Positions 1 to 8,553 of a DNA stretch of 64,000 nucleotides are shown here, in pieces. Numbering within the stretch: the stretch's first letter is position 1; each line of letters opens with the position of its first letter. The stretch spans positions 1,248,001-1,312,000 of the forward strand of contig OZ244561.1 in NCBI GenBank assembly GCA_965217585.1, written 5' to 3'. The DNA is from Candidatus Latescibacterota bacterium (lineage in GTDB: Bacteria; Latescibacterota; UBA2968; UBA8231). The notes beneath the pieces were generated by a model. The model saw nothing but the letters and a program-made list of their open reading frames with translations. It was not told the origin of the DNA and did not search any database. The position numbers and the translations under genes are program-made.

Positions 1-622
1 TGGCGACCAGCTCTTTGCGGCCGTCTCGGGTGGCCCCAATGACGACCAACACGCAGGGCCGATCGGCGGCCAAGCGGACGTTGAAATAGATTCCGTCAGC
101 CCAGATATAGACATAGTGCTTGTCGGTCAAATCCCGCTGGTGCCACCGCTGGTATTCCTCCTCCCAAAGCGCTTTGAGCCGGACGATATTGGCCGGGGAT
201 AACCCGGATACGCCCTCGCCCAAAATCGCGCTCAACGCCGCGGGAAATTGCGCGGTGGACACCCCTTTGAGATAGAGGGCGGGGATCAGCGCGTCAATTG
301 AGGGGCTGCGCCGCAGATAGGGCGGCAAAATCGCGCTGGTAAAGTGGTGCTCAGCACGTCGGTCGTGAACCCGGGGCTGGCGGATAGGAATCTTGCCTAC
401 CCCCGTGACCACCTCGCGCGCGGGGTGACGGCCATTGCGCACCACCAACTGGTGCCCCGACCCATCGCGCTGCGCCTTGTTCCGCTCAATATAGGCCTCC
501 ACTTCCAACTCTAAAGCCGCCTGCAACATCCGACGAGCCCCTTCGCGCAGCATGGCTTCCAAGCTGCTTTGGGTTTCTTCCTCGATTAGCGTAGCCACCT
601 CAGCGGCAGTATATTCTTGCAG
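1..622 (-). CDS. IS256 (Mutator) family transposase, N-terminal part, 3' end outside the window
   Basis: Manual translation: LEAMLREGARRMLQAALELEVEAYI...VVRNG...QPRVHDRR...FTSAILPPYLRRS...LYLKGVST...YVYIWADGIYFNVR...LVVIGATRDGRKELVA, typical IS256 motifs including the first catalytic Asp. Start uncertain: CTG at 622 after GGAAAGGA, or GTG at 598. Confidence 0.92.
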   Translation of the reverse strand, partial: MQEYTAAEVATLIEEETQSSLEAMLREGARRMLQAALELEVEAYIERNKAQRDGSGHQLVVRNGRHPAREVVTGVGKIPIRQPRVHDRRAEHHFTSAILPPYLRRSPSIDALIPALYLKGVSTAQFPAALSAILGEGVSGLSPANIVRLKALWEEEYQRWHQRDLTDKHYVYIWADGIYFNVRLAADRPCVLVVIGATRDGRKELVA

Positions 623-739
623 GACGAGGTATCCTTTCCCCCGCAGAAGCGAGGACGTTTAATAGGTTGAGCGCTATTAAAACGTAGGATACGCTCGTTG
701 TGCGCTCAATCCCGCATCCACAACTTTTGAATATACCTC
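1..739 (-). mobile_element. IS256-family insertion sequence, left end (element continues beyond the window start)
   Basis: Contains the transposase ORF below; the minus strand from 739 reads GAGGTATATTCAAAAGTTGTGG, resembling an IS256-type terminal inverted repeat; composition changes immediately after it. The other end is not visible. Confidence 0.8.
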
Positions 740-756
740 AAAATGGGACTGATTCT

Positions 757-1680
757 ATGAAATACTATTTAACTCGTGCGACGTTCGGAGCGACCGATCT
801 TGAAATCGATGAGAACGAATACGAGGACTACAAGGAGTCAAGTAAGGTTCTATCAAACTGCCTGTCCCTTGAGGAGAGCTATGAAATTCTGATCTCAAAC
901 TATATCGATCTGGAAAATGAGCAGCTAGCGTGGGCAACGCTTAGCATGGTACGGAACGTTTCGGACGATGATTTTTTTAACGTAACACTCTCGTTAGATC
1001 GGCGAATGGTAAATTTTTTGGCAACAGCCCGTCTGCATATTGAACATCTTCAGAAGAGGGGAGGCGATTGCATGAGAGGCCAGGCCGTTGAAGAAGTGAA
1101 GGCCGACATTAAGTCGTTCTGCGATGCTGAAGCCGATAAACCGGAATATAAGTTCATGTGGGATCTCCGAAATGAAGTACTGCACTCGAGCTTAGCAACT
1201 CACTGGTTTAGTTTCTCTACAAGTCGGGCGAACTCGTTTGATGATCCAATCCCAAAGCTCGCGTTCTCGTTAAAATTCGGATCGTTAAAATCGTCATTCA
1301 CCGCTGGTTTTAAACCCGGGGAACTCGATACCATCTCAAGCGACGACCAGATCGATTTGGTATCTCTTACTAGGGTCTATATGGAGTCCCTCAGCACTAT
1401 TCAAGTAAAGTTTAGAGAGTACGTAGCAGAGTCGGTTAATCAAGCGCGTAGCAAAATGGAAGAGGCTTTCTGTCGGTACAGAGAAGTATGTGAGGATAGC
1501 CTAATCTATCTAGAGCTTTGGAAAGTTGGCGACTTGGATAAGGATAAGATTATCGAGGAGTCAGCCTTCTCTTTGTTCTATGACGACCAGCGCGTTCAGT
1601 TACAAGATAAGAACCGTGAGCTCGTCAACCTACGTAACAGCCATGTAACTGGAAAACAGGCCGAAAAGGAGCAAACCTCA
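757..1680 (+). CDS. Lower-GC alpha-helical hypothetical protein with an R-x4-H (HEPN-like) motif; no stop codon, in frame with the downstream lactonase
   Basis: ATG at 757 (MKYYLTR); motif YKFMWDLRNEVLH with RNEVLH at 1168-1185; codon usage visibly more AT-rich than neighbouring genes. Confidence 0.6.
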
Positions 1681-2703
1681 ATGACCGCACAAGAACGACC
1701 CGTCGTCTTCGTCTCGCTCACCGGCGACGAAGCCATCAAACTCTACGACCTCGACCCCCAATCGGGCGCATTGGAACTGCGCGCCACCAGTCCAGCACAC
1801 GGCCCTTCGGGCGCGCTCTTTTTGCACCCGTCGCGTCCCGTGCTCTACGACGCCCACGTCATGTCCACGACCCTCGCCAGCTTCCGCCTCGACACCGCAT
1901 CGGGGGAATTGACCCTGATCAACAAGGTGGATACCGGCATCGACATCCCCGCCCACCTGATTACCGACCGCGCCGGTCGCTTCCTGCTGACGGCCTACTA
2001 CGGAGGGGGCGGCGTCACGGTACACCGCCTAGGCGACGACGGGGCCATCGGCGACCTCGTCCAGCGCATCGACACCGGCCCCAGGGGCCACGCCGTCCTG
2101 CTGACCGAGGACGAGCGCTTTGTCTTCGTACCTCACGTCTGCCCCAACAACAAGACCAGCCAGTTCCGCTTCGACGCCAGCACCGGCCAACTCTCGCCCA
2201 ACGACCCGTCCGTGCTGGCTCCGCCGGCGGGCGACCCCGGCCCCCGGCATATATGCTTCCGCCCACTCGGCGACGTCGCGTACATTGTCAATGAGCAGGC
2301 CAACACACTCACCGCCCACCGCTTCGACTCCGCGGGCGGCACCCTCTCCATCTTCCAAGACATCTCGACCCTGCCCGCGGACTACGCCGAAGGCGGGAAC
2401 ACCGCCCACGTCGAAATCCACCCCAACGGCCAGTGGTGCTACGCATCCAATCGCGGCCACGACAGCATCGTCGGCTATAACATCGACGCCGAGGGCGCGC
2501 TCAGCCCGTTTGGGCACTACCCAGTGCCGGCCAGCCCGCGCTCGTTCAACATCGACCCGACCGGCACGTACCTGTACTGCGCCGGAGAAGCAGCCGACCG
2601 CATGACCTGTTATCAGGTCGATGCAACCAGCGGCGCACTACAGCCCATCGCGGATTACGAAGTGGGCAGTAAACCGTTTTGGGTCATGGTGACGACCCTT
2701 TAG
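1681..2703 (+). CDS. 6-phosphogluconolactonase-like 7-bladed beta-propeller (lactonase family)
   Basis: Own SD (AAGGAG) before ATG 1681; motifs GPRH, YIVNE, YASNRGHDSI, PRSFNIDP; GC-rich host-like codon usage. Confidence 0.88.
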   Translation: MTAQERPVVFVSLTGDEAIKLYDLDPQSGALELRATSPAHGPSGALFLHPSRPVLYDAHVMSTTLASFRLDTASGELTLINKVDTGIDIPAHLITDRAGRFLLTAYYGGGGVTVHRLGDDGAIGDLVQRIDTGPRGHAVLLTEDERFVFVPHVCPNNKTSQFRFDASTGQLSPNDPSVLAPPAGDPGPRHICFRPLGDVAYIVNEQANTLTAHRFDSAGGTLSIFQDISTLPADYAEGGNTAHVEIHPNGQWCYASNRGHDSIVGYNIDAEGALSPFGHYPVPASPRSFNIDPTGTYLYCAGEAADRMTCYQVDATSGALQPIADYEVGSKPFWVMVTTL

Positions 2704-2723
2704 AGGCCGTGAATGTCACCCCA

Positions 2724-2752
2724 CATCGGCGCTCATCTGCGTTCATCTGCGG
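2724..2752. repeat. Short 10-bp tandem repeat (CATCTGCGTT-like, ~3 copies) between convergent genes
   Basis: catcggcgct-catctgcgtt-catctgcgg seen directly. Confidence 0.6.
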
Positions 2753-2758
2753 ATCGTC

Positions 2759-4015
2759 TTAGGCCAGCCCAAGAGCCTCGTCGATGTCCTGCTGATAGGC
2801 CCGCACGGCTCCGCTCAGAATCTCCTCCATAGACAGCGAACGCTCGGCGAGCGCCGACTCATAGGCTCCTACAATCGCCGCGACGGCCTGCATCCCGCCT
2901 AGGCCATCCACTTCGGGTTGGCTGCCGGTGAGTATGGCTTGGGCAAAGTCGTGGTACTCGATGGCCAAGTGTCGGGAGTCGATTTCGTAGAAAGATGTTG
3001 CAGACGGATCGTATTCTACGCCGTCGGCACCGAAGAGACGCTCGGTGATCTCGTCGAGGTGAAAGTCCGGCAGGAGCGAGAGGATTTCGCGGCCTTTTAG
3101 CTCCTTGCCTTCCAAGCGCAGCACCGCGGGCCGGCCATTGCGGTCGCCGGGAGAATAGAGCGCGCCCCAGCGGCCGTGGACGCTGCGCTCCCGTCCCCGA
3201 CCACCGCGGCCCGCCACCAACACGAGTTGCGCCAGCGCACCAGACCGCATCCTATATAGCGCGACCACTGAATCCTCGCCTGTGGCCTCTACGCTTTCGG
3301 GATAGGTCTTAGCCCGCTCGCGGTAGGATTCGAGGGGGTGATCGTCGTAGCCTTCCGGCCTGCGCCGCACCGGCTCGACAATGAAGCCGCCGCCGAAAAC
3401 GTGCGCGTAGTCCCCCATGTAGTATTGGATGATGTCGCCGTAGTGGACGCCCATGTCCAAGCCAATGGCCCCCTTTTCCTTGAGATGGCGCCAAGGCGTA
3501 ATGGTTATGCGGTCGCTGCCGCCGGCCGATGCCTGGATCATCAAAAAGGGATCCCCGAGCAGGCCAGACTCGACGACGGCCCGCGCCAAGCGGTTGGGCG
3601 GGTCGCGGCGGTAGTTTTCGGCTGTGGCCAGCACGGCATTGCCGGTGTGGGCGGCGTCGATCATGGCTTGGCAGGCGCGCATGGTAATGCCGAGGGGCTT
3701 TTCCACCAGCGCGTGCTTGCCGGCCAGAAGGGCCGGCACGGCCACTTGGTGGTGCGTTGAGCCGTCGGTAACCACATCGACGGCCAAGATATCATCGCGC
3801 TTGAGCATCGAATCCATATCCGTAAAGATCAGCGGCTCGCGCCCGAATAGCCGCTGCACTTCGCGGGCGGCAAACTCGGCGTTCTCCCGGCGCACGTCGC
3901 AGACGGCCATCAATTCGACATTGCCAATGCCGCTCTCTTCCAACACCTTATAGGCCAGAATGTGGCGATGGCCCATGCCGCCGCAGCCGACGACGCAAAG
4001 CGGTACTTTTTCCAT
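2759..4015 (-). CDS. Gfo/Idh/MocA family NAD(P)-dependent oxidoreductase
   Basis: N-terminal VVGCGGMG Rossmann motif, GKHALVEKP, DMGVHYGD; SD AGGAG upstream. Confidence 0.92.
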   Translation of the reverse strand: MEKVPLCVVGCGGMGHRHILAYKVLEESGIGNVELMAVCDVRRENAEFAAREVQRLFGREPLIFTDMDSMLKRDDILAVDVVTDGSTHHQVAVPALLAGKHALVEKPLGITMRACQAMIDAAHTGNAVLATAENYRRDPPNRLARAVVESGLLGDPFLMIQASAGGSDRITITPWRHLKEKGAIGLDMGVHYGDIIQYYMGDYAHVFGGGFIVEPVRRRPEGYDDHPLESYRERAKTYPESVEATGEDSVVALYRMRSGALAQLVLVAGRGGRGRERSVHGRWGALYSPGDRNGRPAVLRLEGKELKGREILSLLPDFHLDEITERLFGADGVEYDPSATSFYEIDSRHLAIEYHDFAQAILTGSQPEVDGLGGMQAVAAIVGAYESALAERSLSMEEILSGAVRAYQQDIDEALGLA

Positions 4016-4099
4016 AATAGGGTCTCCTGTTGTGTATGCGGAAGGTCGTACGCGGCTACGGGCGTTGTCAAGGGCACGGCAAAACGCGGAAGGAACATT

Positions 4100-6058
4100 T
4101 TGCTAAAGCGTTCTCCACCGACGACCAAGGGCTGCACGCCCAAGGCGCTGATCGTCGGACTGCTCGGTGCCCTTTGCATCGGCCTCGGCTCGACCTACAA
4201 CGACATGATCGTCAAAGGCTCCGGACTGGCCGTGTGGAACCTGACCCCCGCGGCGATCTTTCTCTTTTTTCTGCTAGTCGTCCTCTTAAACCCGCTCTTA
4301 AAGCTGCTGCATCCGCGCCTGCCCTTGCAGCGCGGCGAATTAGCCGTGGCCTTCTTCCTGATCCTGCTGGCCAACACCCTGTCGAGCCGTGGCCTGCCCG
4401 CGCAACTCCTGCCGGTAATCACCGGGGCCTATTACTACGCTACGCCAGAAAACGGTTGGGCCGAGATCGTCCAGCCCTATATGCCCGAATGGCCGGTGCC
4501 CCAAAGCCACGACGCCATCTGGGGCTTTTACGAAGGCGACCCGACCGGGGCCGTGCCATGGGCAATCTGGGCGACCCCCATGCTCTACTGGGCCATGTTC
4601 GGCCTAGCCCTTTTTCTGGCCATGGTCTGCCTGATGGTGATCGTGCGCCGGCAATGGGTAGAGCACGAGCGTCTGGCCTATCCCATGGTCCAGCTCCCGT
4701 TGGCCATGATCGCCGACGACGGGCGCGGACGAGCCATCAAACCCCTATTCCGCAGCGGGTTGATGTGGCTGGGATTCGCCATCCCGTTTGTCCTAGCTTC
4801 GATCAACGCTTTGCACAACTACTTCGTGGTCGTTCCTACCGTCAGCATCTCGCTGGGTGGCTTGTCGATATTCCGCGGCGTGGTGTCGCTGGGTTTGAGT
4901 CTAAACCTGTCGATGGTGGGATTCTCCTATTTCGTACCGCAGAACATCGCCTTGGGCTTGGTCTTTTTTTACATCGTGAATGTGGTGCAGCGCGGGTTGT
5001 TGGGGATGCTGGCTTGGGGGGGCAAGGACGAGACCATGGGCGCGTACAGTCAGTACACCGACCCAATCATCATCCACCAAGCCATGGGCGGCATGATCGT
5101 CTTGGTCGCGGGATCCCTGTGGGTGGGTCGGCACCATATAGGGAACGTGCTGCGCAAGGCCTTGGGCCGTGCGCCAGAGGTAGAAGACGCCGATGAAATT
5201 ACCTCCTATGGCGTGGCCGTATGGGGAGCCGTGGCCAGCTTCCTAGTGATGGGAGTCTGGCTGTGGCAATCCGGCATTCCGCTGCCCTTTGTTCCCCTGC
5301 TGCTGTTTGGCGCATTTGTCGGGTTTATGACCATTGCCCGCGTCGTCGCGCAAGGTGGGGTCGCGTCGATGTTTCCGCCGACCAACGGGCCGGACTTCGT
5401 CGTCGCCAATGTCGGGGGCACCGTGTTGGGCACTAAGGGCATGGCCGGCATGGCCCTGAGCTATGCCTGGAGCGTGGACACCTTGATCTTGCTGATGAGC
5501 GCCTGTGCCAACGGCCTGAAACTCGTCACCGAAATCAGCCTACCCCATCGCCGCCGCCTCTTCGGGGCCATCGTTGCAGTGATCATCCTGACGCTGGGCT
5601 GCGTCGTCGCCTTAACCCTCTATCTAAGCTATCAGTACGGGGCCATTAATTTGTCGCGATTTTATTTTGATAATGTCGCGCAATATCCCTATCGGTTCAT
5701 GGAGAAAAGTATTCTCAATCCATTCGAGCCGCGGCCGAGTACGTGGGCGCACATCGGCACTGGCGCGGCGATCATGGGCGGGTTGATGGCGGCCCAGCAC
5801 CGGTTCCTGTGGTGGCCTATCCACTCGCTCGGATTCCCGATTAGCTGCGTCTTTGGCTCGATGTGGTTCAGCGTGTTTGTCGCTTGGCTCCTCAAGAGCA
5901 CGGTGCTCAAATACGGCGGCCTGACGCTGTTGAATCACCTCAAACCCTTCTTTTTAGGGCTGATTCTGGGCGAAGCCGTAGTGGCCGGGACGTGGGTGCT
6001 CATCGACTATGTAACCGGTATGCAAAACAATCATCTGGGCGGGATTGTATTCCAGTGA
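4100..6058 (+). CDS. Polytopic membrane protein, DUF6785/DUF6784-like (putative transporter)
   Basis: Many hydrophobic helices; motifs RRQWVEHERLAYP, WWPIHSLGF, KYGG...PFFLGLILGE. Start moved to TTG 4100 after GGAAGGA because the ORF-track start overlaps the divergent gene. Confidence 0.75.
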   Translation: MLKRSPPTTKGCTPKALIVGLLGALCIGLGSTYNDMIVKGSGLAVWNLTPAAIFLFFLLVVLLNPLLKLLHPRLPLQRGELAVAFFLILLANTLSSRGLPAQLLPVITGAYYYATPENGWAEIVQPYMPEWPVPQSHDAIWGFYEGDPTGAVPWAIWATPMLYWAMFGLALFLAMVCLMVIVRRQWVEHERLAYPMVQLPLAMIADDGRGRAIKPLFRSGLMWLGFAIPFVLASINALHNYFVVVPTVSISLGGLSIFRGVVSLGLSLNLSMVGFSYFVPQNIALGLVFFYIVNVVQRGLLGMLAWGGKDETMGAYSQYTDPIIIHQAMGGMIVLVAGSLWVGRHHIGNVLRKALGRAPEVEDADEITSYGVAVWGAVASFLVMGVWLWQSGIPLPFVPLLLFGAFVGFMTIARVVAQGGVASMFPPTNGPDFVVANVGGTVLGTKGMAGMALSYAWSVDTLILLMSACANGLKLVTEISLPHRRRLFGAIVAVIILTLGCVVALTLYLSYQYGAINLSRFYFDNVAQYPYRFMEKSILNPFEPRPSTWAHIGTGAAIMGGLMAAQHRFLWWPIHSLGFPISCVFGSMWFSVFVAWLLKSTVLKYGGLTLLNHLKPFFLGLILGEAVVAGTWVLIDYVTGMQNNHLGGIVFQ

Positions 6059-6066
6059 AGTGGCGC

Positions 6067-6095
6067 TTGAACGGTGCCGTTGAAACGGCTATCTT
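6067..6095 (+). promoter_or_regulatory. Possible sigma70-type promoter for the PhyH-amidohydrolase genes
   Basis: TTGAAC-17 bp-TATCTT, 27 bp upstream of ATG 6123. Confidence 0.35.
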
Positions 6096-6122
6096 ACCCC
6101 TCCTAAACAAAGGCCCAACCCC

Positions 6123-6962
6123 ATGATGACGCCCGACCAACGCTACTTCTTCGATTTGACCGGCTACCTCCACCTGCGCGCCGTACTCAGCCCAGCGGAG
6201 CTCGCGCCTGCCCAAGCGGCGGCCGACCGCTACATCAACATGCCGCCCGCAGAGTGGCCGCCCGAATTCGGCGCGGACCTCGCGCGCCGCGACCTCACCG
6301 GCTATCAGCACGGCTTTGCCTTTGACAAAAGCCTCGAAGTGCTCACCCGGCATCCGGCGACTTGGCCGATCCTCATGGAACTCACCAACCGCCGGCCACG
6401 CCTCAACGGCGGCACCCTCGGCTATAACCGCCACGGCCACGGCTTCCACTACCTGCACGCCGGATGGCAACCCTCCAAACGGCCCGATGTGCGGCGCTAT
6501 TACCTCGAAGACGGCCAAGTCCGCTGCACGGATTTTATTTTCTTTTTTTACTTGAGCGATGTCTTGCCCGGCGACGGCGGCCTCATCATCTTGCCCGGCT
6601 CGCACAAGGCCCACTTCGACCGGCCCCAAGGAATGTTTTACCTAGGTGCCGAAGACGACAAGGACAAGGACTACGTCGCCGACACCGTGCCCCCGGGCGT
6701 CCACAATGTCTGCGCCCGCGCCGGCGACGTGGTCATCATGCCCGAGCACCTCATGCACGGCGCGCTCACCTGGAAGCCCCGCGACCGCGACCGCCGCTTC
6801 CTCATTCTGCGCTACAACGTCCAGCACATGCTCACCGGTCAGCGCCGCCCCTTTCCAGACGCCATCCGCCAGCGGCTCGACCCCGAGACCATCGACCTGC
6901 TCGAATTGGCCCCGTACTTCGAATACAAAGACATCGTCAAGCAGCGCGAAAACATCTCCTAG
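6123..6962 (+). CDS. Phytanoyl-CoA dioxygenase (PhyH) family Fe(II)/2-oxoglutarate enzyme with H-x-G motif
   Basis: YFFDLTGYL N-terminus, DGGLIILPGSHK, AGDVVIMPEHLMHG, RRFLILRY; proximal motif LHAG at 6453-6464. Confidence 0.85.
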   Translation: MMTPDQRYFFDLTGYLHLRAVLSPAELAPAQAAADRYINMPPAEWPPEFGADLARRDLTGYQHGFAFDKSLEVLTRHPATWPILMELTNRRPRLNGGTLGYNRHGHGFHYLHAGWQPSKRPDVRRYYLEDGQVRCTDFIFFFYLSDVLPGDGGLIILPGSHKAHFDRPQGMFYLGAEDDKDKDYVADTVPPGVHNVCARAGDVVIMPEHLMHGALTWKPRDRDRRFLILRYNVQHMLTGQRRPFPDAIRQRLDPETIDLLELAPYFEYKDIVKQRENIS

Positions 6963-6979
6963 CCCTGCGAGCAAATTCC

Positions 6980-7759
6980 ATGGCATCACAGCCGATCTCG
7001 ACGCAAAACACCGAGCACCTGAGCTTCCGCGCCCGCGTCCCGGTCTTCGACGCCAACATCGGCGTCGGCCACTGCCACGACCGGCCCTCGCCGTTTGCCG
7101 ACGCCGCTGGCCTGCGGGCGGAAATGCAGCGCCACGGCGTGGAGCGCGGCTTGATCTACCACCTCCAAGGCGAAACCATCAGCGCGATTGAGGGCAACGA
7201 GGCCCTGCGCACTTGGCGTGGCGACGGCCTCGTCCCCCAATGGGTCGCCGGGCCGGGCGCGGATTCTTTGGCGCAACTGCGCGAGCTCCACGCCGCCGGC
7301 GAAGTCCGCAGCGTCCGCCTGCACAACACCGAGGCGTGCCGCGCCCCCTTTGCCGACTGGATCTACGGCGAGTTGCTCGCTTGGCTGGCGGCCGAGTGCA
7401 TCCCCCTGTGGCTGTCGCTGGCCGACACTCCGGTGGCCGAAGTTATGGAGACCTTGCGTCGCTTCCCGGATGTACAGGTAGTGCTCCTCGGCGCTCACTA
7501 CATGCATTCCCTCGCCTTGCGCCCCCTGCTCAGGGCACTGCCCCAAGCGGCGCTGGAGCTAAGCCGCTTTGAGAATCTGGGCGGCATCGAGGCTCTAATC
7601 GGCGAATTTGGCGTGGAGCGCTTCCTCTACGGCTCCTATTATCCGCGCTACGCCATGGGGCCAATGCTCTTTTACCTGCACCATTTGGCCATTGACGACG
7701 CCGCGCTCGCGGCTTTGACCGCGGGCAATCTAGAGCGCATTCTCGGAGGTGCCGCGTGA
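6980..7759 (+). CDS. Amidohydrolase_2-fold protein with degenerate metal ligands
   Basis: Same fold signatures as the next gene (LLGAH, GVERFLYGS, GNLERILG) but DANIG replaces DxHxH and GSYYP replaces GSDxP; start ATG 6980. Confidence 0.75.
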   Translation: MASQPISTQNTEHLSFRARVPVFDANIGVGHCHDRPSPFADAAGLRAEMQRHGVERGLIYHLQGETISAIEGNEALRTWRGDGLVPQWVAGPGADSLAQLRELHAAGEVRSVRLHNTEACRAPFADWIYGELLAWLAAECIPLWLSLADTPVAEVMETLRRFPDVQVVLLGAHYMHSLALRPLLRALPQAALELSRFENLGGIEALIGEFGVERFLYGSYYPRYAMGPMLFYLHHLAIDDAALAALTAGNLERILGGAA

Positions 7760-8490
7760 TTATCGACTTTCACGGCCACGTAGGCCGTTGGGATGCCCTC
7801 GACATGGTCGATGACCCGACCGAGATGTTGCGCGCTATGGATGCGGTGGGGATCGACAAAAGCTGCGTCTTCAACATCTTCCATCCCGACGGCCAACCCG
7901 GCAACGACCAGACGGCGGCTTTCGTCGCCCGCCATCCCGATCGCTTCATTGGCTTTGCCTATGTGTGCCCCACCTGCCCCGACACCGTGCGGCCCGAGCT
8001 AGAAAGGGCCATCGACGAACTCGGGTTCCGGGCGATCAAAATCTACCCGCCCTATACGCCCTTTCCGCTCGACGACCCAGCTTGGGATCCAATCTACGAG
8101 TTTGCCGCTGAGCGCGGCCTCGCAGTCATAGCGCACACAGGCGGCGAGCCAACAGCCGCGCCCGCTCAGTTTGGCCGCGCGGCCGCGCGCTTCCCCAACG
8201 CCCGCTTCGTCGCCGGCCACTCCGGCAACATCGAGCCGTATCGCGGCCAAGCCATTGCCGCGGCCCAGCGCTTGCCCAACTACTTCCTCGAAACCTGCTC
8301 GACCTTCCGCACCCCGGGCGTCGTCGAAGAGCTGGTGGCCAAGGCCGGGGCCGATCGCGTCCTTTTCGGCTCGGATACGCCCTTGATGGACCCCCGCCCC
8401 CAGCTCGGCAAGATCATCACCGCAGCCATTGACAGCGACGCCAAGCGCCTCATCCTCGGCGAGAACGCCCGCGGCCTGCTCGGGCTATAA
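7756..8490 (+). CDS. Amidohydrolase_2 family metal-dependent hydrolase
   Basis: IIDFHGH, AHTG, GHSG, RVLFGSDTP, ILGENARGLL; GTGA overlap with the upstream gene. Confidence 0.9.
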   Translation: MIIDFHGHVGRWDALDMVDDPTEMLRAMDAVGIDKSCVFNIFHPDGQPGNDQTAAFVARHPDRFIGFAYVCPTCPDTVRPELERAIDELGFRAIKIYPPYTPFPLDDPAWDPIYEFAAERGLAVIAHTGGEPTAAPAQFGRAAARFPNARFVAGHSGNIEPYRGQAIAAAQRLPNYFLETCSTFRTPGVVEELVAKAGADRVLFGSDTPLMDPRPQLGKIITAAIDSDAKRLILGENARGLLGL

Positions 8491-8495
8491 GACGC

Positions 8496-8528
8496 AAAAA
8501 GCCCGCCTGCCACAGGGGCAAGCGGGCT
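8496..8528 (-). terminator. Intrinsic terminator between convergent genes
   Basis: Minus strand AGCCCGCTTGCC-CCTGT-GGCAGGCGGGCT followed by TTTT. Confidence 0.8.
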
Positions 8529-8553
8529 GTTGCAAGGGGTGCGGAACCGGGTA

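Noticed and set aside
700-756. N-terminal extension of ORF 700..2703
   Set aside because: Lies mostly inside the putative IS256 end; ATG 757 is the more plausible start.
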